DNA of 64,000 bases from Antedon mediterranea (taxonomy: Eukaryota; Animalia; Echinodermata): NCBI RefSeq assembly GCF_964355755.1, contig NC_092673.1, positions 5,642,001 through 5,706,000 on the forward strand, in the 5' to 3' direction. Below are positions 15,101 through 28,240 of this stretch, piece by piece. How positions within the stretch are numbered: position 1 is the first letter of the stretch; every line of letters starts with the position of its first letter. The translations under genes were made by a program, and so were the position numbers. The notes below the pieces were generated by a model. That model searched no databases. It worked only from the letters and a program-made list of their open reading frames with translations, and had not been told where the DNA came from.

Positions 15101-18100
15101 ATGACATCATCATGTCCATGTATGGGCACATCACATTTTTTTGTCACAAAGTTTGATACCGAGACAGAGCTTAAAACATTGAATCTAATGAGGTAAATGT
15201 CAATCCATGGCAAAGTCTCCAGTATATTGTTTGTCCCAAGTTTTATAGACTTCAGGAAAGCAGAGTAGAAAATAAAAAACATGATATTAAAATTTGAAAT
15301 TGCCTAAAGATAATTTTGTATTATGCTAAAGTAAATCAGTATTGACATGCATTTTTTTGGTATACAATATTCTGGTGTTCATTATCAAATTTTATTAAGG
15401 ATGATAATTTATAATTAGTGAACACAAATCAAGTTTCACTTATTAAGGCTAAATCTGAAGAAATTAATCTTTTTTTTAAATGTTTGTATTAAATGAATTA
15501 GACATTTATTTTCTTCTTCTTCTTTCTATTTACAGTGGATATGTCTTCCATTTTCTTTAACAAGTGAGTATGTAGAACCAATTGTGGACACAAGCACTGG
15601 TTGGCTTGGAGAATGGGACAGCAAATTTACCGGTGTTTGGATTGATTACGCTTTACTATTGGTAATTATTTTTTATTGTTCCAAAAGCTGTGTGCATCTT
15701 TTACGAGAAAAACTGGGGATGTGCTGTAACATTTAGGCAATAAGAATATTACAGACTTGTTTCTAGCATTTCAAACAAGGTGTCCCCTTTATAGGTAGGA
15801 GCAGTAGAACCTTGTGACCAAAAAAGTCTTCTCAAAAGGGTCTTTCATGCCTGTTTCGGCATGGTTTCGGGCCGGCAGCAAACCAAAGCGAACCTCAATG
15901 TCTTTTTTTCACGCAGCTACTCGCATACCGATTAGCGCATAGCCATGTGGAGCGTCTTGAGAGAGATGTGAAAGACACTTAAATAGGGCTCCTCTCAAGG
16001 GGTCTGTAGTGTTTGTAGTGCTTGTTTGTTTCACATGAAAGTGTCCCCTTTTAAAGTGGTTTCTCCGCAAGAGGGATTCTACTTTATATTGTTTATAAGT
16101 AATGCATTATGAGTCAATTCAATTTGTTCCGAATTTTACAATACCAACAATAACACATACATCACACATACTAGACTCCTACAGCAAAACTCAATCGCTT
16201 TGGATTAGACGTCGCTGCAGTCTATAGGGTAAATGATTTATATGTATTGCTTTTGCAGATGTTTGGTGGTATTCCATGGCAAGTATACTTTCAACGTGTC
16301 CTGTCATCAAAAACTGCTGCAAGAGCTCAGATTTTATCGTTTGTAGCTGCGTTTGGTTGCATCGTCATGGCAATCCCATCCGTCCTGGTAGGAGCAGTTG
16401 CCAGAGGAACAGGTTTGTATTACGTTATTCAATAATAAATGCTGGGTTTTTGGCGCCATTTGTCCTAATTTAGATTTATAAACAATTATTAGCCAAGCTA
16501 GTATAAAGCTCTGTCTGCAGTATACTATCCAAATGTGTGATGTGCCCAAATATGGCAGTGATCTTAAGTATGGTAGTGATGACATCATCATGTCCATATA
16601 TGGGCCCATCACATAAAGTTTGACAAGGCTAGTCCTGTCTACACTATCAAACTAGTTTAACAAAAAAAAGTATGATGTACCCAAATGTAGTGTAGACAGA
16701 GCTTAAGCTTTCACAATGTAGAGTGAAATGTTAGTGCATGTGATTAATTACTATATTAAGTTAAGAATGCTGTCAGTCTTACTATATTTTCTTTGCTTTT
16801 TTAAAGGCTAACACGTCTACTTCTGCTATTGTAATATATGCCTAAATGTCTTATTAATTTTTTGTCTCAAATCTCACTAGATTGGAATATGACAGATTAT
16901 GGCAAAGATGTAACGAACAGTAACATTGTCCTTCCACTTGTTTTGCAATATCTTACACCACCATTCATCTCGTTCATCGGTTTGGGGGCGGTGTCCGCTG
17001 CGGTCATGTCCTCTGCTGATTCGTCCATCTTGTCTGCCAGTTCAATGTTTGCTCGCAATGTCTACAAACTTATTTTTAGACAAAAGGTATGTATTATGGA
17101 GAGTAGAATTCTTCCTTTAAGACACCAATTAACCAACACCTATTAAGGGGACACCCCTAGTATAGGGAAATTAAGTTTGGGTTACGAATGGTGTTGCCTT
17201 AATAGGGGTTCTGTATTGCTTAAATATATTTCTGCTGGGTGCAATTAGATTTGTGAAATCAAAATGAATAATGAATCACTTGCTGTGATGGTATAAGAAT
17301 TTCATGAAGTATGGCTGCTATGCATGTAATAATATTGCTATTTAAATAATGACTATGTATTGCATAGCAACAAAAGATGAACATTATTCGTCCATTGGAG
17401 TAAATTCTAGTAATTTTCAACTGATATTTTACCTACATACTCAGAAGTGACTGTTATACTAAACACTAAGGTTGAAAATTAGAAAGGCAGGTGTGATTAT
17501 AAAATTATTGAGAAACAAATAATTAACAGTTTTTTTTTTTTTTTTGCAGGCTAGTGAACGCGAGATATTGTGGGTGATGCGTATAGCTATTTTTGGAATG
17601 GGAATTTTATCCACTATTTTGTCCCTCACTATAAACTCAATCTACGGACTATGGTACCTTTGTTCTGATTTTGTTTATGTGGTCCTATTTCCACAACTTT
17701 TCTGTGTTATCTATTTCGAATTCTGTAACACTTACGGCTCTCTTGCCGGTTATATAATCGGTTTGTTTTTAAGACTCGGTGGCGGGGAACCTCTGCTTGG
17801 CCTCAAACCGTTCATTAAGTATCCATACTACGATGAGGTAGACGGACAGCTGTTTCCGTTTCGTACGTTCTGTATGATTATATCATTCATCTCGATTTTA
17901 AGTGTTTCCCATATATCCAGATGTATACTGATGGGTGTTGATAGAAAATGGGATGTGTTCCTGTGCGTCACGAACATTCCAGAGTCAACCAAGTACAGCA
18001 TGGATGATCCCGTGGAGCTGGATAGCAAAGAAACAAAAGGTGAGATGGGTGAATTGATACCGGTAGGGGTCAAAGATTACGGGTCGCGTTACCACGAACA

Positions 18101-18212
18101 TCTGGAGGTCGGCAAACTCGGCCTTCCAGATTCAAGTTCCAAAGAACCACTGAAAAGTGACTTTCCTGTCACGCCAGATCATTCAACCGTTGATTCCTAT
18201 TTTAATGAGTGA
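3163..18212 (+). CDS. SLC5A7: High-affinity choline transporter 1 (sodium:solute symporter family), 8 coding exons, ~575 aa
   Basis: Exons 3163-3328, 8049-8156, 13223-13378, 14232-14380, 15536-15661, 16259-16412, 16881-17086 and 17550-18212. All introns are GT..AG with compatible phases; total 1728 nt. CHT1 motifs: [95 protein letters not shown]. Confidence 0.96.
4448..4600 (+). mobile_element. tRNA-derived SINE
   Basis: A box GTGGCGCAGTG, B-box-like GGTTTGAATCC, followed by CTCTCCACCCAGGTGTATAAATGGGTACC core. Confidence 0.6.
5752..5789. repeat. 38-bp perfect hairpin flanked by 5-bp direct repeat (minimal transposon remnant)
   Basis: CCATAGAGATATTATAGT-GA-ACTATAATATCTCTATGG, with TACAC on both sides (5747-5751, 5790-5794). 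Confidence 0.7.
6664..7290. mobile_element. Non-autonomous DNA transposon, Kolobok-like
   Basis: TIRs AGACCCCTTCCCT / AGGGAAGGGGGCT with TTAA duplicated on both sides (6660-6663, 7291-7294); AG..CT termini. Confidence 0.7.
8349..8691 (+). mobile_element. tRNA-derived SINE (family B)
   Basis: A box GTGGCTGAGCGG, core GGATAACGACTATAGACC, AATAA-rich tail; homologous copy at ~59540-59790. Confidence 0.6.
8964..9453. repeat. Intronic minisatellite, ~52-55-bp unit, ~9 copies
   Basis: Unit TTCAGTTTAAAGCTGCATTCACACTGGGTTTGTTATATGGTGGTTTGACTA repeated head-to-tail. Confidence 0.9.
10548..10702. mobile_element. PIF/Harbinger-like MITE (AGCTCTGTCTACACTATCAAA family), degenerate
   Basis: Degenerate TIRs and internal sequence shared with 63351-63511. 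Confidence 0.65.
13930..14171 (-). mobile_element. tRNA-derived SINE (family A)
   Basis: Minus-strand A box GTGGCTTGGTGG and B box GGTTCAAGTCC; homologous to 1030-1283. Confidence 0.7.
14476..14752. mobile_element. PIF/Harbinger-like MITE, two fused copies
   Basis: CTCTGTCTACACTATCAAA ... TTTGATAGTGTAGACAGAG ends, with a second internal TIR at ~14597. Confidence 0.75.
15034..15172. mobile_element. PIF/Harbinger-like MITE
   Basis: AGCTCTGTCTACACTATCAAAC ... GACAGAGCT. Confidence 0.7.
16508..16703. mobile_element. PIF/Harbinger-like MITE, rearranged
   Basis: Same TIR family, AGCTCTGTCT ... TAGTGTAGACAGAGCT. Confidence 0.6.
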
Positions 18213-19354
18213 AGTCATTTTATCTTCAAATGTAATGTTTATTTAAATCTATATAATAAAATATGAAATATATATTTAAGATTGTGTTAGCTTAATAGGC
18301 TTGTAAAAATTAACATGTTGTAGTAGGACTTTTAGGATTCTATTTATGTCCTAGTATAATTCAAATATCTGGCCAGCAAATCTGATGAATATTAGGGGAT
18401 GGGATTATACTTGAATCTATCAATGTAGAAACGTGAAACCTTGTCTGCCAGAGCCTGTAACAGTCTTGGGTTGACAGTAGGTCGCCTTGTGCTGAGATTG
18501 TAGAATTGTGAAACATTGTCTCATAGAAGGTTGATAGTGAGATTATGCCTTGTGTTGTAGCATTGTGAGAGCTTGTCTGACAGAAACAAGTTGACTAATG
18601 AGATTTTACACATTCCTGGTTTCTGAACCCAAATAAGACATGCAGAAGGTGCTCTCAGTTCTTAAATGGTTCTTTTTTCATAAAACTCACTGCTGTTTGT
18701 TAATAGCAAAATGTATACATTTAATTTTGATTCATTTAAGTCATGTACATATTAATTATGTATGATGGCAAAATAGAGAAGAAAAAATGGCCATTATGTG
18801 GCCAAGATATACAGTATAAAAGTGAAATTACCAGATATGTAATTTCATATTCCTTGATATATCATTTATTTAAGTACCCATTATATATAATATATAAATA
18901 CAATATATTTATTTTTCCTTGTAATTTATTATATGGAAAGTTCTACTTAAAGCTAAATGTTCTACTTAAGATTAATGTTGTACTTAAATATTTGATTTGT
19001 GCGATAGCTATTTAGAAATGTGTCCATTAATGTCTGTCATCAATTTGTTCAAAATCTGTTTTAATAGCCTGTAATTTATTAGGCCACAAATATTATGTGC
19101 AATTGTAATGATTAATTTCTTAACTATATAATTTTTACATGAAAATGATGACATCAAATCATGAACTTATTAATGTTTGACATCAATTCATCGTCTGACA
19201 TGATTTTCAGTAGGCCTAATGCAACCATTTTGACCAAATATATGACATCAATAAGTACTTAATTTCGTATAATGCAATACACATGAATATTGCATACATT
19301 TACTTGTATATGATGCAATCAAATGTAGCGAAATATATATTTCAATTCAATTCA

Positions 19355-19505
19355 ATGACATCATACACATTTGACCGCATGAATATGTGACATACATATT
19401 TGACCCATGACTTTGTGACATCATACATATTTTACCCCATGGATGTATGACATCATACACATTTGACCCCATAAATGCATGACATACACATTTCTGTGAC
19501 ATCAA
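19355..19505. repeat. Short degenerate tandem repeat (~30 bp, ~5 copies)
   Basis: TGACATCATACACATTTGACCCCATG-like units. Confidence 0.7.
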
Positions 19506-22500
19506 ACACCAAAAATGATTGAATTTTCCTCATGTATACAGTGCAATGAATTTGTAAAAACAGACATTTTATATAAAAGTAAATAATTTGAGAAGATGCA
19601 ATAAATTTAGTGCAATTTTCAATATTTATTTATAGTAACAATAAGCAATAAATAATCATTTATTTATTAATCTTTTACGATGTCATACAGTAGATATAAA
19701 TAATTCTAAAAAAACTAAGCAAAAATAACAGTTTTTAGGTGTATTAGTAATTACCATCATATATGTGAAGAGACTAGTGTCTCTTGTAATTTTTTTAAAT
19801 AAAAACATGTTGCATTATTAGGACACCAACAATTATTATAACAATTTTTGTTTCTATATTTTCTATTCAAAGGACTAAAGGGTTATTTTGTATTTTTTAA
19901 TAACATTATTTGTTCAAAATTTTCATTTGTAGAAAAATTGATGGAACAAACCGAGTATGCTAAAATAAGGTAAAATGCAAGGCATTAACAGGGAGACAAC
20001 TTGATTTTTGTTTATATTTGATAACTGCTTGCTTTTTACACAGGCCTACTGCACAAGAAGAGTTTTAAATTTTGTATTTTATTTTATTAACCATCATTTG
20101 AGAGGATTACCTGTGTCGTTTTTTATTTAATTTCGGAATCCTCCTTTTATGAGAGTATTTAAAATCCTCAATTATTAAGTAGATTTTAAAGTGATTTATC
20201 CCTAAAGTAATTAGGATAGGCTATGTCAAAGGTTACACAGTAGCTATGATCTCTCCAGGACTATGACATCTTCACACATGTAGTAGCTTGGAAGAGCATG
20301 TTATAATTTTTCCATACTTTATAAAAGAACACTGCCGGTAGCACATTTGTTCAGTTAAGGTGTTTAGATATTAGTATATAAGCATATTACCGTCTATTAA
20401 AACCCCTCTTGTGTTTAACCTCAAATACCAGGGCCGTAATCATTTATATTATTATTTATATTAAAAACATCTTTGCCTCGTCTGTTTTTCACCCCTTGAT
20501 ACTGCCCTATACATCTGTCACTACACCATGTCTATTCAATCATATAATTAGTCAAATTTGTTTGACTCGTATATGTATGGTTTGAGACTTATAGACACTA
20601 GGGGACAATTTACTCTCCTGATTGCATTGCCAATCAAGTCAATATTCATTCTTATTGCATGCTTGTATGTGCATGTTGTCTGCATGCTTGTGTGATCATC
20701 GTACAGCACATTTTAATTTATTTAATGTTTTATTTTTTTTTGCAGATTTTGCTTTTTATGTTAAAATTCACAATATGCTATAAATTAATTAAATCTCAAT
20801 ACTTGCTAATTACATTTTAAAATATCAATTTACATTCATATTAAAATTTAAATCCCATTGTCATCTTATTTTTTTTGGTTGCTAAATTGAAATTGTGCAA
20901 ATTATGGAACTTTGAATCATACCTTTTGAATTTACAAATTTTTAATTTTTTTAAATAAAATTCAAACGTTAATTGCTCACATATGGCTTCATCGTCGGTC
21001 TGTTTGTGCATGTGGTTTTATTTCTGAATATTGTATTACTTGTACCATTAGTGCGAAGCCTGTTACCTATTTGATTAAAAACACATTCTCTTTGAGAATG
21101 AAAATAAAGATTATACTGTACATCCACCAACTAGTCCTACCCTTTACAGACATTTGGCATTTTGTAACTAATTCTTATACATATTTTCATTTACTAGAAT
21201 ATGCACTGAAGTATTTGTGATTCATTTATAGCTGCATGTTTTAGTCATTTATTATTTTGCGCTTTTTTTTGTTTTTGTCATTTTAAGGTGATCAGTTGCC
21301 CGAACCTGTCATTGAAGAACCTTCACACAAATCAACAGAGGAATTAGTTAAAAGTGATACTTATATCGAGTAATATATCAAATCGCACGTCAATGTTTCG
21401 TTTTCACGTGGGTTCGCACATACCGATTGGCGCATAGCAGCGTTGAACATCGTGAAAACGGAACATTGATCTGTTCATCTTGTATTCATAGTATATAATC
21501 ATTTTTTATATATTTATTATTCCTTGCATCTTTCACCCAATCATATGTTGCAAATATATTGACGATCGGCAATTAATTATATTTTAAAAAGAATATTTTA
21601 ATTATTCCACTGCGTTCATACCAAATACAAATTCATTTTTGGATGGACGGACAAATTCAGACTATATATGTAGCCTACTTTTAAAACAAATTTTAATATA
21701 TTTGGTTTAGAGTGGTGGTTGTAGTTTCATATAAATGCAACATATAGAAATGTAATAACAAATATAAACTTTTAAAATAGGAAAATATTTTAATAAAACT
21801 TTACAATTTTGTGGTATATTTTGTATCATTTTCTCGGATTATTTTGTAACAAATTCTTTTCCCTTCTGCAACTGGAATGTGTCCGAAATAAGAGCACATA
21901 ATTGTATTCACCATTTGTATTATGTATGGTTCTATAATTATTTAGTATGTTTTATATTGTTCCATTTATCTTTTATTTCTTAAAATAATTTGCATAATTA
22001 ATTTCAAATGTGATTGTACTCAAAATATGGATTGAGAGTTTTGTGGGTTTTAAGCTTGTTTCCACTCGGATGCAACACAAGTAGGTAAGCTCAATTTGAC
22101 CAATCGTGACATGATGCAACATTCAAACGATCACTTGTGATTGGTCAATTCATTTGGTCCAAGTGGGAACCAAGAGTTGGGAGGGGATATTTGAAAAATA
22201 GTTACAACTTATGTATGTATTAAATCTGTAGTAGTTTGTTTAAATTTGTTTTAAAAAGTTATCAAATAATCAATCATTAATGTTTACAGGAATCAACATT
22301 GTTTTATAAAGTGAAAATAAAGGGAATATACAAAGCTTTAATTCCTGAAAACCATTGAAATTGTGAACATTCATATTTAGGATCAATGTACCAGAGATAT
22401 TTGTAGCAAACCTAAATTTATTAAACTATTTTATGTATAAGTGTATAAATATTGTAAGCATAATGATGGTAAAGTTTGTAGTACGTATAGCAATGTTCAA

Positions 22501-23862
22501 TCTGTTGTATTTTATTTGGCATAAGTTGGCTGTTAGTCATGAAAAGGTGGCCCTCTCGACCCAACCATGTGAATTCTTTTCAGTTTCCCTTGATGTCTCA
22601 AGCTCTGTATTCTTTATTTAAGAAACCATTGTCAGTTTTGTCCTAGATGTGCCCATGCATATATTTTTGTTAAAGTCACTGTATAAAATACGTTGTATTT
22701 GACACATGCTTGTAAGCAGGTGATTGTAGTTTGAAACAAAGATTCTGAGATATAAGGAGATAGTACCATTTATTTTTGGCTTTTATTACTACCTAAAAGA
22801 AAAAGGTATTTTAAACATTCAATACCAGTTTTAATTTTCCATTCTCTTACTGTATCTCCACATAACGGTTTTGTTTGATTATGGCATTATATGGCCAGTA
22901 AGGAAAATCGTGCGGCACTTGTACTATGTTATGGTTAAGGTTAGGCTTGTGGCCTATGCGACAGGTGTCACATATGATGTACAAAGTATTCTAAAGATTA
23001 AATTACTAAACAATGCATATTTCACTGGTACTTCACTTTTGAAGCAATAAAGTTCTGTGACATAACAAGATAAATTAGCACATATGTGTATAATATATTA
23101 GTGAACACAAAAGCAATTAGCTTAAGTGTAACTATAATTGTGCAAGCCGGTAGCCAGGAGGGTTTGTAGGGTTTTCCTAAAGTGTCCAACAGCTGGTAAA
23201 TAGGTCTAACTTATGACACTAATGTTATGGCCAATTTAGCCAGCAGGCAAATTATTTTCATCTACTAGGTAGGCCCATGGAGAAATAAGTTAGGAACTTT
23301 TCTCCATGGTAGGCCTAAATCTACCTTTTTATGGAAAAAAGATCCCCCTTGCCCTGTAAAAATCCTGGCTACGGGCAGTTTTGCAATTGGACTAACATAA
23401 TGTAGTGCATTAGCCCATTTATTAGTATAAATGATACTAATTGTTAAGTTTATCCTTGTGATATAAGGTATATAATGTGTAAGGTAGATATGTATATGTA
23501 TATTGAAGATTAAAAAGATCACACCACCGATTTGGAATTTATTGTCCCTTTTCTCTTCATTTGCGTATTCTTTATTTCTCAGCACACATTTGATGAACAT
23601 GTAATCACCCCAGTACAGTACAAAAGAACTACAAGCCTACACAAGCCTACTGTGGTTTTTTCAGGAAACTCTACAATATGGAATTATGCGCTAATGTTAG
23701 ATATGATAAAAACTCCTGTGCTATAGCTCAGGTATTTTCTGATAAATCAAAATAAAGCAAAATAGTGTTGAGATGCACTCTCCCATGCCCAAACCAGCCT
23801 AGAAACATATTTTGGCGCATATAGTGGCCTATTGCCGAAAGCATCTAGGAAATCTGTCTATT

Positions 23863-25264
23863 TGTGTGATAGGTACCCCTGGGAGTAGATGTGCACCTCC
23901 CCATGCCCTTTGTGTGTGATAGTTATCCCTGGGAGTAGATGTGCACCTCCCCATGCCCTTTGTGTGTGATAGTTATCCCTGGGAGTAGATGTGCACCTCA
24001 CCATGCCCATGTGTGTGATAGTTATCCCTGGGAGTAGATGTGCACCTCCTCATGCCCATGTGTGTGATAGTTACCCCTTGGAGTAGGTGTGCACCTCTCC
24101 ATGCCCCACTGTGTGTGATAGTCATCCCTGGGAGTAGATGTGAACCTCCCCTATGCCCCTGTGTGTGAAGTATGTGTGTGCTAGTTACCCAAGGGAGTAG
24201 ATGTGCACCTCCCCTATGACCCTGTGTGTGGAGTATGTGTGTGATAGTTACCCTTGGAAGTAGATGTGCACCTCCTCATGCCCCCCCCCCTCCCCATGTG
24301 TGTGATAGTTACCCTTGGAAGTAGATGTGCACCTCCTCATGCCCGCTGTGTGTTATAGTTATCCCTCGGAGTAGATGTGCACCTCCCCATGCCCCAGTGT
24401 ATGATAGTTACCCCTGCGAGTAGATGTGCACCTCCCCTATGCCCCTGTGTGTGGAGTATGTGTGAGATAGTTACCCATGGGAGTAGATGTGTACCTCCCC
24501 ATTCCCCCTGTGTGTGATAGTTACCCCTTGGAGTAGATGTGCACCTCCCCTATGCCCCTGTGTGGAGTATGTGTGTGTGATAGTTACCCCTGGGAGTAGT
24601 CATGTACTGTACCTCCCCACGCCCCCTGTGTGTGATAGTTATCCCTGGGAGTAAATGTGCACTTTCCCTATGACCCTGTGTGTGGAGTATGTGTGTGATA
24701 GTTACCCTTGGAGTAGGTGTGCACCTCCCCGTGCCCAACTGTGTGTGATAGCTATCCCTGGGAGTAGATGTGCACCTCCCTATGCCCCTGTGTGTGGAGT
24801 ATGTGTGTGATAGTTACCCTTGGGAGTAGATGTAAACCTTCCTATGCCCCCCTGTGTGTGATAGTTATCCTGGGAGTAAATGTGCACTTTCCCTATGACC
24901 CTGTGTGTGGAGTATGTGTGTGATAGTTACCCTTAGAAGTTGATGTGCACCTCCTCATGTCCCCCCCCCCCCCTGTGTGTGATAGTTACCCTTGGAAGTA
25001 GATGTGCACCTCCACATTCCCCCTGTGTGTTATAGTTATCCCTGGGAGTAGATGTGCACCTCCCCATGCCCCAGTGTTTGATAGTTACCCCTTAGAGTAG
25101 GTGTGCACCTCCCCATGCCCTACTGTGTGTGATAGTTATCCCTGAGAGTAGATGTGAACCTCCCCTATGCCCCTGTGTGTGGAGTATGTGTGTGATAGTT
25201 ACCCATGGGAGTAGATGTGTACCTCCCCATTCCCCCTGTGTGTGATAGTTACCCCTTGGAGTAG
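23863..25264. repeat. GC-rich minisatellite (~46-60-bp unit), copy 1
   Basis: Unit TGTGTGATAGTTACCCCTGGGAGTAGATGTGCACCTCCCCATGCCCC with optional TGTGTGGAGTA insert. Confidence 0.95.
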
Positions 25265-25544
25265 TTGCGCCCCTATATAGTTTTTGATAAATTACTAATA
25301 ATGTTATGGTATCGATAGATTGTAAGCCAGCTGAATGGTTAGTTCTTGAGTCTCGTAATGTAACGCTGTAGTATTAGGTTAGGGTTAGAGAATTGATTTG
25401 ATACATATATATATATATATATATATTTAATATTTGTTTTACTCACCATCTTCTTTATTGACCATCATCTTTTCTCATCATTTTCTTAGAGGAATGTTTT
25501 TTTTTTGTTTTTGTTTTTTTTAATGAAAATATAACTTCAAGTCA

Positions 25545-25735
25545 ATGATAACAGCGCGCTTCATTGTTAAGCATTCAGGAAGACCATCATGATAACAGCG
25601 CGCTTCATTGTTAAGCATTCAGGTAGACCATCATGATAATCAGCGCGCTTCATTGTTAAGCATTCAGGTAGACCATCATGATAACAGCGCGCTTCATTGT
25701 TAAGCATTCAGGTAGACCATCATGATAACAGCGCG
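25545..25735. repeat. 44-bp tandem repeat x4.3 near island left end (also 31028-31218, ~38375-38566)
   Basis: Unit ATGATAACAGCGCGCTTCATTGTTAAGCATTCAGGTAGACCATC, near-identical copies, no spacers. Confidence 0.93.
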
Positions 25736-26036
25736 GCGCTTTATCGGAAAATTTTTACTAGAATCGGTAGTATACATTTTTATTTTATTCGATGAGAAGT
25801 GTATAATAATTACGCGATGTTATTTCTTACAGTAAACATACTATCTGTACATAATCATTATAAAGTGCCCGTTTATCAATGGTATTCTGGCATGTGTAAT
25901 GATTAAAACAGAGAACGAGACGACTAAATTTCATTCGTTTTATTGGCAACACACACGCACAAAAAATGTATACAATGTAATTTATATAAGACCATAAACA
26001 TAATATGAATGCACGGAGGTATGGTATGAAATCATT

Positions 26037-26973
26037 TCATAACGTTTGTTTTGAGCACGTACACGGTGAAAGTTTCTTTTCACCAGTCTTGTAAACCAAT
26101 GGTCTGAATGCGTGCAGTTTGTCCTTTTCTATAATTGCATCTTCTACCAGTCTTATATGGCGTAAATAAGTGTCCACGCCGTGTCCAAATCGTTCTCTCA
26201 GTTTAATCTTCGTACCATCGGACAACATTCTAATCCACGCTTTTCTTCGTTGAACGTGCGACGGTTCGGCTTCAAGAAATTGTGGTTCTTCTAACTTGAA
26301 TCTTAATCTATCACGATCTACTACCTCGGTTGTTGGATTTCGAAGCGTTTGTGTCAGATACGGATTTTTACACTTGTGTACCGGTAGACTACCGCCGTTC
26401 TTTTCGGCCAATTGCTGAATGTCTAACGTCTGAAACACATCTCTTGTACTACGATCCACGTACATGATGGTTTTACGTTCATTCATATTTTTAAACACGC
26501 ACTTTTCCAATACACTCTTGATCATCGATTCGTCGGCTTTCACTTTATAATGCTTACACGCGTCTTCCAATGAATTCAACGTCAACAGATTTACGTGAAA
26601 GAATACGTTCGGTGGTGGTGTTTCCGAGATGATCAAAGAAGAATTTATCAAGTGTCTCAAGTCGTTTGTTAGCAAATTCACACCGTTTCTCAGCTCATCC
26701 GCTTCGAACTCGTCATTTACCAGAACGCGTATTCGATTACCTCGGCACGCGTTTTTATCTTTGAGCACAACCTTTGTGCACAATTCGAGTATTTTTTTCA
26801 AGCGCCTATGTTGTGGCAAAAAGGCGCTAACGTGTACCATAAAGGCTCGAGCGTTCGACGTTTCCAATACCAATCTGCACGTGTGATCGTTGTTCATCAC
26901 CGGCGGTGGCATCGGTAGTCTATCTCTGCTACCGTCATATGATCTGCATTTCAACACCCTTAAACTGTCGGCA
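26037..26973 (-). pseudogene. C-terminal ~310 codons of virus-like helicase gene, copy 1 (5' part deleted)
   Basis: ORF 26037-26957 is nearly identical to 31574-32806 and keeps the original C-terminus (..VYKTGEKKLSPCTCSKQTL*); AATAAA on - strand at ~25939-25944. Confidence 0.75.
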
Positions 26974-28240
26974 CTTCACTCCACTTCTGAGAATCATCTT
27001 GAGCCTTAAGCGAAACCTTTAGTTGGCGGTGAAAACGTTCAACTAATCCATCTGACATAAGATTCGACCACGTCCACATAGACTTGGTAGGACCACTACC
27101 TTCATCGGATGGTTATACTTACCTACTTACATGTATCGATCGCTTTACAAGATGGCCAGAAGCCATATCAATCACCAATATTACCGCTGAAACTGTAGCC
27201 AAAGCGTTTGTCACTGTTTGGGTATCCAGATTCGGCGCGCCATCCACCATCACTACAGACCGTGGTCGTCAGTTCGAATCGGCACTATTCACCGCCCTAT
27301 CTAACATGTTGGGCACAAAACGCATTCGAACAACATCTTACCATCCTATGTCTCCGGACAGCGGTCAAAGTTGATTTAGGCTGTTCTTCATCGGAACTGG
27401 TGTATGGAGCAACCCTGAAACTTCCAGGGCAGTTTGTCGCGCCTACTGATATCGCCTCACATGAACCTGCGAATTACGTACATATATTGCAAAGACACAT
27501 GCAGAATATTCGACCAGTGCCAACACGAGCGAATCAACGCACCGCACAAATCCACGACGATTTGCGTGAATGTACTCACGTGTTTGTTCGTTGCGATAGC
27601 GTAAAGAAACCTCTTCAGTCTCCTTACAATGGGCCATTTAAAGTTTTAAACAGAACTGACAAATACTTTGTTTTGAGCATCGCAGATAAACATGAAACTG
27701 TTAGTTTGGACAGACTAAAAGTCGCCTATGTTAATAATGATAAAGCTATTAACAACTTTCCAGAATCGTCAAGGCAACCGGAAGCAGTGCTTTCCTCAAC
27801 CGCAAGTACTATTCCAGTCGCACCTCCGCCACGGCAAACGCGTAGCGGACGACATGTACACTGGCCACGTAAGCTTGCAGATTATGATTATTGTGCTGGA
27901 AGTTTTATACTAGAAACATTTTTTTTTATTCATCGCTCGCTAACATTTCATTTGCGATCTAGAGGGGAGCTGATGTAGAGGCAATTTGCATATGTGTTAG
28001 CAGGTGTAACGAACGGCATGCAAACCTTTTTATTCTTTGTCTCTCTCTCAACTACCGACCGTCGAACAAGCAGGACGTATTTGTTTTACTTACCGTTGTT
28101 TGTTAACTCAAGGAACTTTGCGTATCCTGTACATGTACAGAAGAAACTATATTATTGGAATATATTATGTGTATATAATTACGGAGCCAAGTATAAGAAG
28201 TTACTAATGATATTTGGACCCAATGCATGCTCTCACAACA
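26974..28240 (+). mobile_element. Gypsy/Ty3 LTR-retrotransposon 3' fragment (integrase, PPT, 3' LTR), copy 1
   Basis: Integrase [43 protein letters not shown] module PYNGPFKV, PPT AGAGGGGAG at 27961, probable LTR TGTAG..CAACA at 27974-28240. Inverted integrase piece ([11 protein letters not shown]) at 26974-27050. Confidence 0.85.

Noticed and set aside
23265-23726. 111-aa and 64-aa ORFs repeated three times
   Set aside because: Identity reflects the recent triplication of AT-rich flank; no coding features.
23863-25264. Minisatellite as CRISPR or coding repeat (ORFs 24550-24738, 30029-30217, 37383-37571)
   Set aside because: Variation is by slippage of sub-units and homopolymers; the ORFs are short by-products.
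25260-25265. AGTAGT as a Polinton/Maverick terminus
   Set aside because: AGTAG is part of the minisatellite unit; there is no ACTACT right end, 6-bp TSD, pPolB or Polinton integrase.
25374-25390. TTAGGTTAGGGTTAGAG as herpesvirus-type telomeric repeats
   Set aside because: Only one perfect TTAGGG; not distinguishable from chance.
25545-25735. CRISPR-like array
   Set aside because: Units are contiguous with no unique spacers, there are no cas genes, and the context is eukaryotic.
27084-27900. Integrase as the island's own mobility gene
   Set aside because: It is a scrambled Gypsy fragment followed by a PPT and LTR, and it interrupts the helicase gene, so it is a secondary insertion.
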